Virus record (IMG/VR): IMGVR_UViG_3300042519_004024
Span: 124,001-188,000 of that record
Reading direction: 5' to 3' (one strand)
DNA: 64,000 nucleotides
Within the stretch, counting starts at the first letter, position 1; the number at the start of each line of letters is the position of its first letter. Shown piece after piece: positions 29,277 through 41,100 of the stretch. The notes below the pieces were generated by a model. It saw only the letters and a program-made list of their open reading frames with translations. It ran no database searches and was not told the DNA's origin. A program made the position numbers and the translations under genes.

Positions 29277-30656
29277 TTAAGATTCTTGTTCTTTTTGTTT
29301 TTTTCTTTCCAACAGTTCTTTTATTCTGTTCCTGTTCTTTTCTTCCTTTTGTTCTTCATGACCAAGGAAAGTAACACTTTGTTCAGTGTCTATGTCTAAC
29401 ATACCATTGTCAAACTTACAATTTTCAAAGATAATTCCATCTTTACCGATTCTTGATTTAGTTATTGCAATCGTTGCTAAATTCATTTCTTTTTGTTGTA
29501 ACGATTTAGCCACTGTTATAATAACGTGTCCAACTTGTGCTTTCTTGATTGAACCCCCCATTTGATCTGTGGTTACAACTTCAGATGAAATTGAATTTCT
29601 ATTACCCTGCGTTGCTGTCCATCCTGCGATATCCAACTCGTGACACATTGCTTCAAATCCTCGCATTACTGATCCTTCACTCTTCCATTCATCACCTAAC
29701 ATTTTGTCCGGTACAACACAATCAATATAATCTAAAATAATAATATCAACCTTTATCCCTTCGGCAATCATTTTTCTAACCTGATTTTTAATCTGATTCA
29801 TTGTTACAGTATCAGATGCCAATTTTTTCATAATCAACTTATTTTTTCTTGTTGATTGAATTTCTTTGACTCTTTCAGTAACTTCTTTTCTATTTTCAGA
29901 AAGGTCGTCGGGGTGTATTCCAGTCCAAAGTGTAAAGTGTTTTCTTTGGATAATTTTTGGGTTGTCCTCAAAAAATATTTGAAGAACGTTATACCCTAAG
30001 TTAAATGCGTGGTTAGCAATCTTTGTTGTAAACGTTGATTTACCAACACCGGTTGGTGCTAAAATTACACCGATTTCACCTTTAGCAAGTCCACCTTTTA
30101 ATAGGTTATCTATGCCAGGTACTCCAATTGGAATTGGGTGTCTGTAATCATCATCCAATACCTCATCAAGGTTAAAAAACACATCCGTAGTTCCCTTATC
30201 TACTTCACCAACTTGAAGTGCTCCCCTAACCATTTCTTCTAACTTATCATAACTCTCGAAATCACCTTTATCGATGATTGATTGAGCCTTTGTCATTACT
30301 TTTTGGAGTTCTTGTTGTTTACAGAATTTAAGGGATTTTTCTTGAACAAAGATTGAACCTTCGTCAGATACGTTCTTAACCTGATTTAATGTGTCTAAAA
30401 TACTCTTTTGAGCCATCGGTGAACTGATTTCTGACTTAGTCAACTGTTCAAGGGTATCAAATGTCGGTGTATGCTCATACTTAGAATAATATTCTTTAAT
30501 CATCTGACAAATGATTTTAAAATATTGATTATCAAAGTAGTGAGGATCTATAACTTCTATGATGGAATTAGAGAAATCTTTGTAAGTAATAATGTTATTT
30601 AATAATTGAATTTGAAAAGTATTTCCTAAGTATCCGAAGTTTTTTTTGTCTGACAT
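29277..30656 (-). CDS. dnaB: Replicative DnaB-like helicase
   Basis: Walker A APTGVGKST, IILDYID, WTATQGNR. Confidence 0.88.
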   Translation of the reverse strand: MSDKKNFGYLGNTFQIQLLNNIITYKDFSNSIIEVIDPHYFDNQYFKIICQMIKEYYSKYEHTPTFDTLEQLTKSEISSPMAQKSILDTLNQVKNVSDEGSIFVQEKSLKFCKQQELQKVMTKAQSIIDKGDFESYDKLEEMVRGALQVGEVDKGTTDVFFNLDEVLDDDYRHPIPIGVPGIDNLLKGGLAKGEIGVILAPTGVGKSTFTTKIANHAFNLGYNVLQIFFEDNPKIIQRKHFTLWTGIHPDDLSENRKEVTERVKEIQSTRKNKLIMKKLASDTVTMNQIKNQVRKMIAEGIKVDIIILDYIDCVVPDKMLGDEWKSEGSVMRGFEAMCHELDIAGWTATQGNRNSISSEVVTTDQMGGSIKKAQVGHVIITVAKSLQQKEMNLATIAITKSRIGKDGIIFENCKFDNGMLDIDTEQSVTFLGHEEQKEEKNRNRIKELLERKKQKEQES

Positions 30657-30693
30657 ATTGTTGAGATTTTGTTCCTTGTTTTAATAAATATTG

Positions 30694-31146
30694 TTAAACT
30701 AATGAATAATTCATCATCTCAAAAGATAAATTTTTCTCTGATAAAATGTCAGTCAACTCTCTTAAAATGTTTTTTATGTCTGGGCGTACATCCAGCGTAT
30801 ATCTTACTTTTGGTGGGTACAGTTTCGCATCAATAATTCTATGACAAATTGTCTCATTTCCAACCTTTAAAATAATGTTAAATATTTCAGGTCCATCTGT
30901 ATTTGACGTTTCAAGGATTGATGAGTCCTCTTCGATTTGGAATCTGTTCTCAAGCATATAAACAACACATTTGTTTCGTAGTTTTGTTTGTAGTGTGTTT
31001 GAAAGTGATTTTATAAAATCATACAATTCTACACTACCTTTAACTTTAGGGTTATACCCTTTTACGTTAAAGAATCTTTGAACTACAAAGTTGTTGTTTA
31101 GCGTGATTAAGAACTCAACCTTTGTTACATCATTCTGCTCTTTCAT
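30694..31146 (-). CDS. Hypothetical protein in the replication block
   Basis: 150-aa ORF between the exonuclease and helicase genes. Confidence 0.6.
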   Translation of the reverse strand: MKEQNDVTKVEFLITLNNNFVVQRFFNVKGYNPKVKGSVELYDFIKSLSNTLQTKLRNKCVVYMLENRFQIEEDSSILETSNTDGPEIFNIILKVGNETICHRIIDAKLYPPKVRYTLDVRPDIKNILRELTDILSEKNLSFEMMNYSLV

Positions 31147-31150
31147 AATT

Positions 31151-32158
31151 TTACTTTTTTGTTTTAAACTTTGTTTTTTCTTTTCTTGTTAACTTTAAAA
31201 ATGGTTTTAAAAAATATACCCACTGTTCGTCTCCTTTAGGTAGGTATTTAAATAATCCATCATCCATCATCATTCTAATTAGATTCTTATACCCTCTTCC
31301 GTCAGGATCCAATGACTCAGAGTAATATGCCATTACTAATTTTTTTCCTTCTTCACTAATTAGTGGTTCCGATAAATCTACAATCTTTTTATTGATTTCA
31401 AAAAACTCGTCACCAAAAATACCTTCTTTTGTTTTACCCGTCAGTAAATTTTTTAAAACCGTATTTTCTTTTTGTTCTTTTAAGAGTTCTTCACCCTTTG
31501 TTAAAATATCGGTAAAAGAAACTTCTTTTTCAAGTAGCTCAGGAAATAATTTGATAATGGTTTTTTCACCTAAGTAATAGATACCATCAATATTATCTGA
31601 TTTGTCACCAGATATTATTTTAAATGTTTTAACGTTATAGTGTGGGATTTCAATTTCTTTTAATTTAATTTTATCTCCCTTCTTATAATACTTCTTGGTA
31701 TTAGGCGAATAGATAGTCACATCATCTGTAATAAGCTGTGTAAGGTCTCTATCTCCACTAAAAATAGTTTTATCTTCTCCTTTAGATATTTGACAATAAT
31801 ATGCAATTAAATCATCAGCCTCTGAGTTTGGGAACTCGACTTGTCTTACAAACATTTCTTCAAGGTACTCCTTTACTCTATGTTTTTGTTTGTTAAATGA
31901 TTCCTCCTTCATTTCATTTTCAGGAGACTTTCGGTGAAGTTTATATTTTGGGTAGATTAACCTTCTCTGTGAAGAGCTTGTTTCTCCGTCCCAAAATACA
32001 ACTACCTTACAGAAGTTTTCTTCGTCTATGAACCTACGTAATGTATTTAGAAAGTGCCAAAGACCTCCAATATGTTCACCTTTGTTAAAGTAATCTTTAA
32101 CACCGTGAAATCCAATTTTTAATAGGTTGTTACCGTCAACCAATAACGTCTTTGTCAT
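31151..32158 (-). CDS. 5'-3' exonuclease/flap endonuclease (Pol I N-terminal or T4 RNase H-like)
   Basis: LLVDGNNLL, EADDLIAY, SGDRDLTQL, GDKSDNIDGI..LGEKT. Confidence 0.9.
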   Translation of the reverse strand: MTKTLLVDGNNLLKIGFHGVKDYFNKGEHIGGLWHFLNTLRRFIDEENFCKVVVFWDGETSSSQRRLIYPKYKLHRKSPENEMKEESFNKQKHRVKEYLEEMFVRQVEFPNSEADDLIAYYCQISKGEDKTIFSGDRDLTQLITDDVTIYSPNTKKYYKKGDKIKLKEIEIPHYNVKTFKIISGDKSDNIDGIYYLGEKTIIKLFPELLEKEVSFTDILTKGEELLKEQKENTVLKNLLTGKTKEGIFGDEFFEINKKIVDLSEPLISEEGKKLVMAYYSESLDPDGRGYKNLIRMMMDDGLFKYLPKGDEQWVYFLKPFLKLTRKEKTKFKTKK

Positions 32159-32179
32159 TTCTGTATTATTACAGGGTTC

Positions 32180-33187
32180 TTACTCTACTTCTTCTTTTTC
32201 TGATTTCAAATCAAAGTCACCATCAACTCCAATTATTTCTTTCCAATACTCAGCATATTCTTTTTTGTATTGTTCAATCGAAGCCTTCTCTTCGGAAGCT
32301 TCTTTTCCAGGTAAAAACCCGTGTGGTGTTACAATAATCTTTCCGTCTTCAAACCCAAGTCCATTAATGTGGTTTTTCATAACTGACACTTTTGTTCTTG
32401 ATGCAAACTTTACTGTACGTTTGTCTTTAGTTGCAGTAATCTTTGTTGTTCCTGCCCCTTTTTGATTTCCAAATAAGAATACTAATGATGAATTTAACCA
32501 AATTGCTTCACCACCCTTTGCTTTAATTTTTGGTTGTCCAAATGGATTGTCAGGTAATTCTACCCAAGGTTGGTTTACGATAATCAAAGTATTCTCAAAT
32601 TTTGAATCCGCTTTACGAGAACCTGAAATTCTTTGGTTGATTCCCATTCCTATCTTGTCCGCCAAAACACTTGCATTGTGTTGTTTACCTCCTTTACCTT
32701 CATAAGTCATCTTACAAGGAACTGAACCAACAGAATCCCACATGATACATAATGAATAGTCTAAATCGCCTTTTTCTTGTGCATCTAACAATTCATTAAT
32801 GTAATCGGTAATTTGTTCAATGTAATCAAAATTATTGTTAAAGATATAAAAACCATCCCACTCTAATTCACCCGTTTCAGTATCAACCACTTCATCACAT
32901 TCAAACCCCATTAGTTTTGCGTGTTCAAAACTCCATTTTTGTTCCGTAATAATGAATACAGGAAGTATACCTTTCTTTTGAGCATCAACCGCAGTTTTAA
33001 CTAAGGCAGTTGTCTTACCCGTATCACTATGACCAAGAAACATATTTATGTGTCCCATCGCAGGACCAGGTAATCCAACTGCGTCTAAAAATGGTGCCCC
33101 AAGATCAAAAAATCTCTGTGGTTTATATTTTGCAGACGTAGAAAATTTCTTTTTTAATGACCCAAAGTCAGTCTTTTTAATTGCCAT
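32180..33187 (-). CDS. recA: RecA/UvsX-like recombinase
   Basis: Walker A GHSDTGKT, IMWDSVGS, IIVNQ, GGEAI, KNHING. Confidence 0.88.
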   Translation of the reverse strand: MAIKKTDFGSLKKKFSTSAKYKPQRFFDLGAPFLDAVGLPGPAMGHINMFLGHSDTGKTTALVKTAVDAQKKGILPVFIITEQKWSFEHAKLMGFECDEVVDTETGELEWDGFYIFNNNFDYIEQITDYINELLDAQEKGDLDYSLCIMWDSVGSVPCKMTYEGKGGKQHNASVLADKIGMGINQRISGSRKADSKFENTLIIVNQPWVELPDNPFGQPKIKAKGGEAIWLNSSLVFLFGNQKGAGTTKITATKDKRTVKFASRTKVSVMKNHINGLGFEDGKIIVTPHGFLPGKEASEEKASIEQYKKEYAEYWKEIIGVDGDFDLKSEKEEVE

Positions 33188-33211
33188 ATATTGTTTGTTT
33201 TTTTAAAAGTT

Positions 33212-33244
33212 AAAAAAAGGTAGTGACTTTATCAATCACTACCT
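33212..33244 (-). terminator. Rho-independent terminator after the SSB gene
   Basis: 9-bp stem AGGTAGTGA/TCACTACCT with a 9-nt loop and a minus-strand T-run. Confidence 0.7.
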
Positions 33245-33263
33245 ATCTTTTATAGGATTTTTA

Positions 33264-34121
33264 TTAGAATGGTAATTCCTCAGATGGTTCATCATTTGCT
33301 TGTGGATCAACGATTGGCGTTTCTTCTTTCGTTTCGTTTCCGCCACCTAATGAAATTTCCGCTTCATCTCCGTAAACATATTTTTTAAGTTCTGAACTCC
33401 ACATTGGTGTTTCACCTACAGCAACTGCCTCTAAATATTCAACAGGTTTTTTAGAGTAAACGTCTTTCCAAGTAAGTTCATCTATCATCCAACCTTCCAT
33501 AATTTCACTATCAGTGTGGATTGGTGCTGGATCATCATACATAATAGTTTGTACTACAGTATACTCTTTTCCTTGTGGTGTTTTTGCTTTTATTAGTTCA
33601 ATAATCAAATCACGTCCTTTTTCAGAATCAGTTAAGTCACCTTTTGCTTTCCAAATAGGAAGGATTTTATCCAAGACACCTTCTTGTTTGTAGTTATGTT
33701 TGAATCTCCAAAACTTAACCCCATCTTGTTCGTTATCACGATCAATAACTTTTACGATGTAGAATAAACGTGAACGGTATTGAGACGCCAATTCTTTATC
33801 TTCTTTTTTCCCTGTAGCAATAAGTTCGTTATAAACTTCTGTAAGTGGGGAACGCTCGTTGTCGTTTTTTTCAGGATCATACAACTTAACCCATTGTCCA
33901 TTAACTTGGATTTCGTGATACCAAACTTCAACAAATGGTGAAGAACCATCTTTTGTAGGTAGAATACGAATTCTTCTTTGTGCTGATTTTTCATTTTTTT
34001 GAAGAATTGCTGAAAAATATCTTTTCATTCTGTCTTCTTGTGAGATGTTTTGTCTCTGTGAACTACTTGGTGTTGAGTTCTTTTCGTACTGTGCAAGTAC
34101 TGCGTCAATTGAATTTGCCAT
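33264..34121 (-). CDS. Single-stranded DNA-binding protein (T4 gp32-like)
   Basis: RRIRILP...PFVEVWYHEI, acidic C-terminal tail ending EELPF; next to recA. Confidence 0.8.
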   Translation of the reverse strand: MANSIDAVLAQYEKNSTPSSSQRQNISQEDRMKRYFSAILQKNEKSAQRRIRILPTKDGSSPFVEVWYHEIQVNGQWVKLYDPEKNDNERSPLTEVYNELIATGKKEDKELASQYRSRLFYIVKVIDRDNEQDGVKFWRFKHNYKQEGVLDKILPIWKAKGDLTDSEKGRDLIIELIKAKTPQGKEYTVVQTIMYDDPAPIHTDSEIMEGWMIDELTWKDVYSKKPVEYLEAVAVGETPMWSSELKKYVYGDEAEISLGGGNETKEETPIVDPQANDEPSEELPF

Positions 34122-34160
34122 AGATTTTTGTTTTTAATTTATACTCTTTTATCTATAACA

Positions 34161-34188
34161 ATTATAAGTGATTTTTAATAAATGTCAA
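34161..34188 (-). promoter_or_regulatory. Perfect sigma70-type promoter TTGACA-N16-TATAAT upstream of the SSB gene
   Basis: Minus strand TTGACA (34188-34183), 16-nt spacer, TATAAT (34166-34161), 39 nt before the ATG at 34121. Confidence 0.7.
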
Positions 34189-34190
34189 AT

Positions 34191-34214
34191 AAAAAAGGGA
34201 CTTTTCAGTCCCTT
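34191..34214 (-). terminator. Rho-independent terminator separating the structural and replication blocks
   Basis: Perfect 8-bp stem AAGGGACT-GAAA-AGTCCCTT plus T-run, just after the stop at 34219. Confidence 0.8.
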
Positions 34215-34218
34215 CTTA

Positions 34219-34875
34219 TCAAAACGTTTGTTCGTCGTTTTCGTTGTAATTATTGAATGTTTTTTTAACTTCGTTTGGTGAAAAATTCTCAACTTCATCT
34301 GATGTTAGAATATATTCATTTTTACCTGTTTCTTCCATCTCATCTTTTTTGTCATCAAAAAAATCAGTTAGTTTTTGATTGTATGGATAAGAATCTAATG
34401 ATCTTAACATTAATTTTTCTTCAGGTGTTTTTTCTCTATATCTATCAAATTTAGTTTCTAATGAATTTATCTTATCCATTATACTATCCATGTGTTGTAG
34501 TTTTTTTTCTAAATCATCTAATTTAGTAAAAATCCCATCCATGAATTCGTCTTGTTTTGCTTTAATGTCCTGTTGTGCGGTAACTAAATCTGTGATGTCA
34601 ACTTCCTCTGTTTCAGCATCACCTTCTTTGTCGTCAGTCACTTCTTCAACATCAGGATCATTTTCAACATCTATTGGTTCAGGTATTGGTGCTCCCGCTG
34701 CAGGTGCATCTCCTCCTGCCGCAGGTGGCGGTGGTACATCTCCCCCCGCTGCCGGTGGTGGCGGTGGAGCATCTCCTCCTGCCGGTGGTGGCGGTGGAGC
34801 GTCTTGTTCATTTATATAAGAATTAATATTATTAAATCTTCTTAATTCCTCTAAAATTTTATTATCTATACTCAT
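34219..34875 (-). CDS. Hypothetical acidic protein with PPPPPA(A)GGD repeats and a coiled coil
   Basis: 218 aa; three Pro/Ala/Gly repeats after an N-terminal ...INEQ leader. Confidence 0.65.
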   Translation of the reverse strand: MSIDNKILEELRRFNNINSYINEQDAPPPPPAGGDAPPPPPAAGGDVPPPPAAGGDAPAAGAPIPEPIDVENDPDVEEVTDDKEGDAETEEVDITDLVTAQQDIKAKQDEFMDGIFTKLDDLEKKLQHMDSIMDKINSLETKFDRYREKTPEEKLMLRSLDSYPYNQKLTDFFDDKKDEMEETGKNEYILTSDEVENFSPNEVKKTFNNYNENDEQTF

Positions 34876-34888
34876 TTTTTTTAGTTTT

Positions 34889-35116
34889 TTAACCGTTTAA
34901 TAATGTTTTAACACCTGCTGGTGTCTCGACTCTTAATGTTCTATTAGTTTTAACGGTGTTGTCAAATCTTTCTATTAAACCGTCTTTCATTCTTATTGTA
35001 TAACAGTCACCTGTATCTAGATCACAAACTTGTTTGTGATCGGCATCTATTTGTTTTTCAGACACTCTAGTGTCTTTTCTCAAATAATCATCTAATAAAT
35101 TTTTAACGTTACTCAT
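34889..35116 (-). CDS. Small hypothetical protein
   Basis: 75 aa with CDLDTGDC; TATTTATA upstream. Confidence 0.6.
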   Translation of the reverse strand: MSNVKNLLDDYLRKDTRVSEKQIDADHKQVCDLDTGDCYTIRMKDGLIERFDNTVKTNRTLRVETPAGVKTLLNG

Positions 35117-35130
35117 ATTTTTATTTTTTA

Positions 35131-35138
35131 TATAAATA
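35131..35138 (-). promoter_or_regulatory. TATTTATA putative late-promoter motif
   Basis: 14 nt upstream of the ATG at 35116. Confidence 0.55.
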
Positions 35139-35142
35139 TATC

Positions 35143-38100
35143 TTAATTAGGATTAAGTACAAAATATTCGTAATATTCTGTAAAAACAACAACGTAATCA
35201 TTATAAGTATTGATAACACCACTACTTACATTATTAACAACTTCATTTTTAATTTCTTCTGCAGTTAGTGGTGGCGGTCCAAAAGCCACAGGAGTGTCCC
35301 AAGTAGTTAAATACAATTGTGATAACGCTTTACCATATTGTTTATATTCATTTGTATCGGGGTTTATAGTTTTTAGTGATTCTATAAGTGGTACCATAGA
35401 TTGATAGAATGATACCATAAAACTACTAGATGTAGTATTTTCAGTAAAACTAGCAAATACTCTGGATGTTCCAGCAACATCAACACATGTTTGTTCTTTT
35501 AGGTAAGTGTCCAAACTTCCATTGTGTTTAGTCTCTGTTGATATCTCGTAAAAATTATTATTAATACTATTCAATTCTGTTGTTACCGGATCGTAAGAAT
35601 TTAATGGTCTTGTTAACGCAATACCTAAAAGTAATGTCCTTAATCTACTATCATTTGTTACTGATTTTATTATTGGTATAATTTCCTCTAAAGAGAATGG
35701 TGTTCGTTTAACTTCAACAAATGGTAATGTTGTGTATTTAGTTATTTCTCTACACTTATCTAAACCTGTTTTTGTTACCGTTATTGTTGGGTCAGTATTA
35801 ACAAGTGTTTCTTTTTTTATTTCCTCATCAGTTTTTGTTTTCTTAATTTTTTCTTTATATGATTGTAGAATTTTTTGATTTACATTAATCAACAAATTAT
35901 CAACATTTGGTAAACTATATTTTGGGATTCTTGTTCCTTTAAATTTAGTGGTAAATCCGTTTTCTGAAATGTTATGATCAACTTCATAAATCCAATATGG
36001 ACCATAAAATAATGGTACGTGCCTTAAAACAAAATACATTGTTGGTTGTATCATAGCATTACCCATAGACTCGACCCCACAACTATAAGACCTAGATTTA
36101 TAAATACTATACATCGATACTGATTGTTGGGCAACTTTATCTCCAGACACCGAACCACCAATATCCGCAAACACTTTAAAAGACTCTGAAGTATTTTTCA
36201 TTTCAGACATATCTAAATCTAAATTTTTAAACATGTTCTGATTTTGTATACCAAAATCAACACTAAACCCAACTACTTTGTTTGTTTTAGAGTAATCCCT
36301 ATTAGGGTCAGAAATTCTTAATGGGTTGTCAGGCATTCTTAAATCAAAACTATCATCATCAAATCTAATAAAAGAGTTTTCTTTTGGTTTTGGGTATTCT
36401 GAAGGATTACCCATGTAAAGACATAAAAACTTAGGACTTGATTTTGTATAATCCACTTCTAGATATGTTCCAAACATTGAGTTGGGTATTTCAATATCTA
36501 TTGGTTGTCCGTTTTTAACTGCCGATTGTATACCATAAAAATTTATATATGCAGGCATTGGGAAAAACATAAACTGATTATCACCTAATATGTTGCTAAC
36601 TAATGTCATCAAATTCATATCAGGGTTGTTTGTTGTGTCCATTCTTTTTATAACTTTATCTATGTCAACAACGTATGTATCACCAATATCACTATTAGCC
36701 CTATCCATAAATAAAAAGTCTTCAAACAAGGTTACATATTTTAAATCAGACCCTGCAATCCATTTATCATTAAACGCCTTTAATGTATTATAAAGGGTTA
36801 ATTTACCAACATCTCCAGTTACGGCATTTGTTGTATTATTATTTACAGTAATATTACTTAAGTTTTTATTTAAATTTAAAAAAGTTTGGTTTAATATTTT
36901 TTCTTGTATTGATTTTTGATCAGTTAAATACTGATTTATTAATGTTGTAAACGTTTGTTTATTTAAATTAGAATCTTCTAATTTTTTCTGCGAATATAAT
37001 CTTATTAATGGGTACGTCAGTATTATATTGTCAGATGTAAATTCAATATCATTATCAATAAAAAAATCTGCAACCGTCGATTTTGGTGTTCCCGGTAATG
37101 GTATAGTTGTTTGTGGTTGGGTTACAGGTAATTGTTGTTGTACTGTTTGTGTTTGTTGTGGTTGTGGTTGTTGTAAACAATTTGAAGTTAATATCTCATT
37201 AGTAACACAAACAACCGCAGCATTAGGTTCACCAACATAATTATCATCATCAAAATCTAACGTATATGTTTTAATCGCATTTGCAGATTGATTTTGATTA
37301 ACAGGATTAAAAGTTGAGGTATTTGCAATTTTTCTTGCACAAAACTGTACTCCGTTAGGAATATTAAATTCTTCAACTTCAAGATAGTAAACTTCTCCTT
37401 CTAAATATGTTGTACCTGTACCTACAACGTTTGAAATAACATTATTTGGTATTACAACATTGAATATTTCATTTGAATTGCAACAACTTTGAAAAGTATA
37501 ATGTGTTGATGGTGGTATAGTTACATTTGTAGTGGATGTAGGTGGTACCACAGTTGTTGCCAAAGGTGTAGCCGTTGGCGGTGTTGATGGGAATACGGGA
37601 CTTGGTTGCCCTGGATAGTCAACTCCGGCAATCGATGAAAACCCTAAATATGTTCTTAATGTATTCCAAGCATCTTGGTTTTGAGTAACACTTTGTAGTA
37701 ACGTAACATTTGTACCGTCACCAGGTAATGTTCCTTTTACGTATGGTTTAAATTCGTATTTATCAAATTCAGGGACAAACTCTTTAAGATTAGAAAACGA
37801 ATTAAATAACCTTCTGTCAAAATTTCCTGGATTTCCTAATTTTAAAACACAATCAAAATTTAAAAATTCTTTTAAAGATGAGGTAAATGTTAATATCTGT
37901 TTTTGTCCTAATGTTTTACCATCAACGTCCTCGTTAACAAAAGTAATACCTGTTTTATTAACTAAAAATAAATTAAGTATTTGACTGTATAATCTTTTTT
38001 GTGCGGAATTCGCAATTTTATTACTTGACGTATAAGATGGATCAATTATCTCGTCTTTTAAAATTAAATTTTTAGAAAGTGGCTTATAATTACAAAACCC

Positions 38101-41100
38101 AATAAATTGTTCTTCAAACTTATCAAGGATTTCCGGTGTAAAAATTGCAAATATTTCTTCAATAGAAGAATACTCGGATTGTGCGGATTTTAAATCAAAA
38201 GGCGTTTGTTCGTCAGTATTTAATTTTATAGCCTTTAAATACTGTGTAGGTGCCGGTTTTACTATTAATGAATTATCAAAATATCCAAAATGCGATGATG
38301 CCCATAAACTTCTTACAGAACCATTGTAAACTGATTTATTATTAAATAATTCTTTTGTTAATATGTTATTTGGATTAACAGATTCATATATTGACTGATC
38401 TATTGGGATACCCCCCATAGATGGGAACAACATCATAAATTGTTGTGTTGTTGCACTTAATTCCGCATAACTATAGTAGTTTGTTTTTTGTAAAGATCTA
38501 TTTGGGTTTGATGTATCAAATCCAAAGTTTAGATAAGTGTTTGATTGATTATTTTTACCTAACCTAAAATTATTTTGATTATATATGTTTTGAAAATTAG
38601 TTGTCGTATAACCAGTTAATAAATCTTTACCTTCAATAAAATTATAAACCGCATTAATTACTTTAGGGTAAAATCCCGTACCTATATAGTCTTTAGATTG
38701 TAATGAAGGTAATGGGAAATTTTCAGTTTTTTGTAAAAGTACAGTTTGATTGTTACCACTATAATCAGGAATTATGTATTGTAATGTGGATGCTGAAGTT
38801 GCCGGATCATACGCACCAATATAGTCAAAATTTTTCCAAACAGAATCTAAAATATCAACCCCATCATTTACAAATTTTTTATATCTATACCAAATAGAAC
38901 CATATTTTAATACCCAAGCATATGGTACTTGATGTATTGATGAATATTTTTTTAGTGTGGACGCCAAATAATCTAAATCAGTATATGAACCATTATCAAT
39001 AGATTTAATTTTTTCTTTTGTTGTGATTAATGGTAATGAATTTAAATATAAGTAACCTAAAGTGGTAAATGCATTATCTGTGTTTGTTTTATTATCCTCA
39101 ACACCTTTAATAAGTGCATTTACAAAATATGGTGTGTTTAATAATGAAGTTGTCTGTATTTGTGTACCAACATTACCAGAATATGAATTACCGTAATTGA
39201 TATAACTTTCTGTTGGGTAAAAATCTTTTATTTTTCTATCTTGATAGAAACTCTTAAGTATTAATTGATTGTTTATTGGTGCATTTAACGTTGATACGTA
39301 AGGTTGGTTTGCGGTTTCTAAAATCCTAAAATCACTTAAAAGAGATAACTTTTGGTATTTTTCAGTTTCATTTATTCTTGCAATAGTTTTTTTATCATCT
39401 AAATAAATAAAGGTTTTTGTTGTATCGTTGAATTGTTCTAAACTACTAACAGTATTACCGTTAGATGTGTTACCACTAATCCAATTTATATCAGTAAAAG
39501 GGTATGTATCTAAAAAATTCATTTTAGATGATTCGGTACTCTCTAAATATTCTTTTAGATTATTTGCCAATTCTAAATCAGAAGATATTTTAATGGATCT
39601 ATTAGAAATTGTATCAATACTATATATGTCGTTAGTAGTTTTTAATAAATTATCAATATATTCTGTCTTATATTTACTTCTAATATATGTTTGCCAACTT
39701 TCACCATTCCCGTCGTTTGATATTTTTTTAAGGTATGCGATAAAACTATTATAATCAAACTTATAATTTTTTAATATTTGGTTTAGTTCTATACTATTAC
39801 CTACTGAGTTTTCAATATTTTTACTTTCAATATTACCATAAAACTTATCTATTTGTTTTTTTGATATTTCATCATTAATAAATTTAGTATAAAATGACGA
39901 TAGGTATGTTCTTTCAAATAATTCATAAAAAAATGGTATAGCCCCTAAATCTTGATACGGAGTTGTTTTAAATGGAAATTCTATAGCATTTGCCGAAACA
40001 TATTTACTATAATCGGAAGGATTATTATAAACATTAGAACTAACCGGTTTTGACGTTTCAGTAGTACCTTTTAAGTATGCCTCAACAAATCCTATTTCAG
40101 GCCATAATCTATAATCATACCCTTTTGTTTGTTGTATTACTTTAGCATCACCAGGATATTGTATAGTATAAACTTCTCTACCGTCTTTTTGTTTTTCTTT
40201 AACAAAATATAACGGCCAAGGGTAAACCACATTATCTTTATTTAATTCACCGCTAGATGTTTGCAAAGTTCTCAAGGCATCCACTGAAAAGTTTTTTTCG
40301 GGTGGTATTACCGCAAGTAGTCTTGATGGGTCATTCCTAACGTCCCACGCCGATTCGTGAACTTCTTCCATTAACCTATAAAATGCATCTGCACCTGCAA
40401 AAATAATTGCAAAAACATTCCTTATTGTTGGTTTAAACCCTAACCCACCTTCACTTGGATTTTTTAAAGCCCTGTCCGCCAATACTTGAGATAAAATGTT
40501 TTCTATCTCTTCTTCATTAGTTTGTAGTGATTTTTCAGCATCGTCTATATCATCCAAAAAACTATTTGGTACATAAGTTGAGTCTGCAACAATTTTATCA
40601 CCAAAAACAAAATAGGTTACATTATCTTCAACCCACTCACCTTTTTCATTTAAAACCTTTTCTTTTAGTAGTTTATTTTTATCTTCATCTAATTTGAATT
40701 TTTCAAATTCCTTTATTCCATTTTCAGTAGATAAGTCTACAGGTTTGTTAAACCTATAAAAAAAAGTATTTTTTAAATCTTCATCATTATTAATCCAAGA
40801 CTCAAAATCTAATTTTTTTAACACATCACTTTTATCTTTTATTTTTAATGGTATTTCTCTTTTACCTCCTTTACCAAAAGTTGCGTTATCGTTTAATTTT
40901 TTAATGTAATATGTTATTCTTTCATTAATTTTTGTTTTGTAGTCTTCTTTTGTCTGATCTTGTATATCTTTTTTAAATGGATAATAAATTAATTTTTGAT
41001 TTCCACTTACATAAAAACTACTTTTATCTAAAAACTTATCTAATGAATTAGTGTACACACTTTTTCTTAACCCCGCTAATGAATCTCTATAATCTTGTAT

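Noticed and set aside
27392-33187. Inteins or group I introns in nrdJ, dnaB and recA (also polB)
   Set aside because: Frames are continuous, lengths are ordinary, and I saw no intein or homing-endonuclease motifs.
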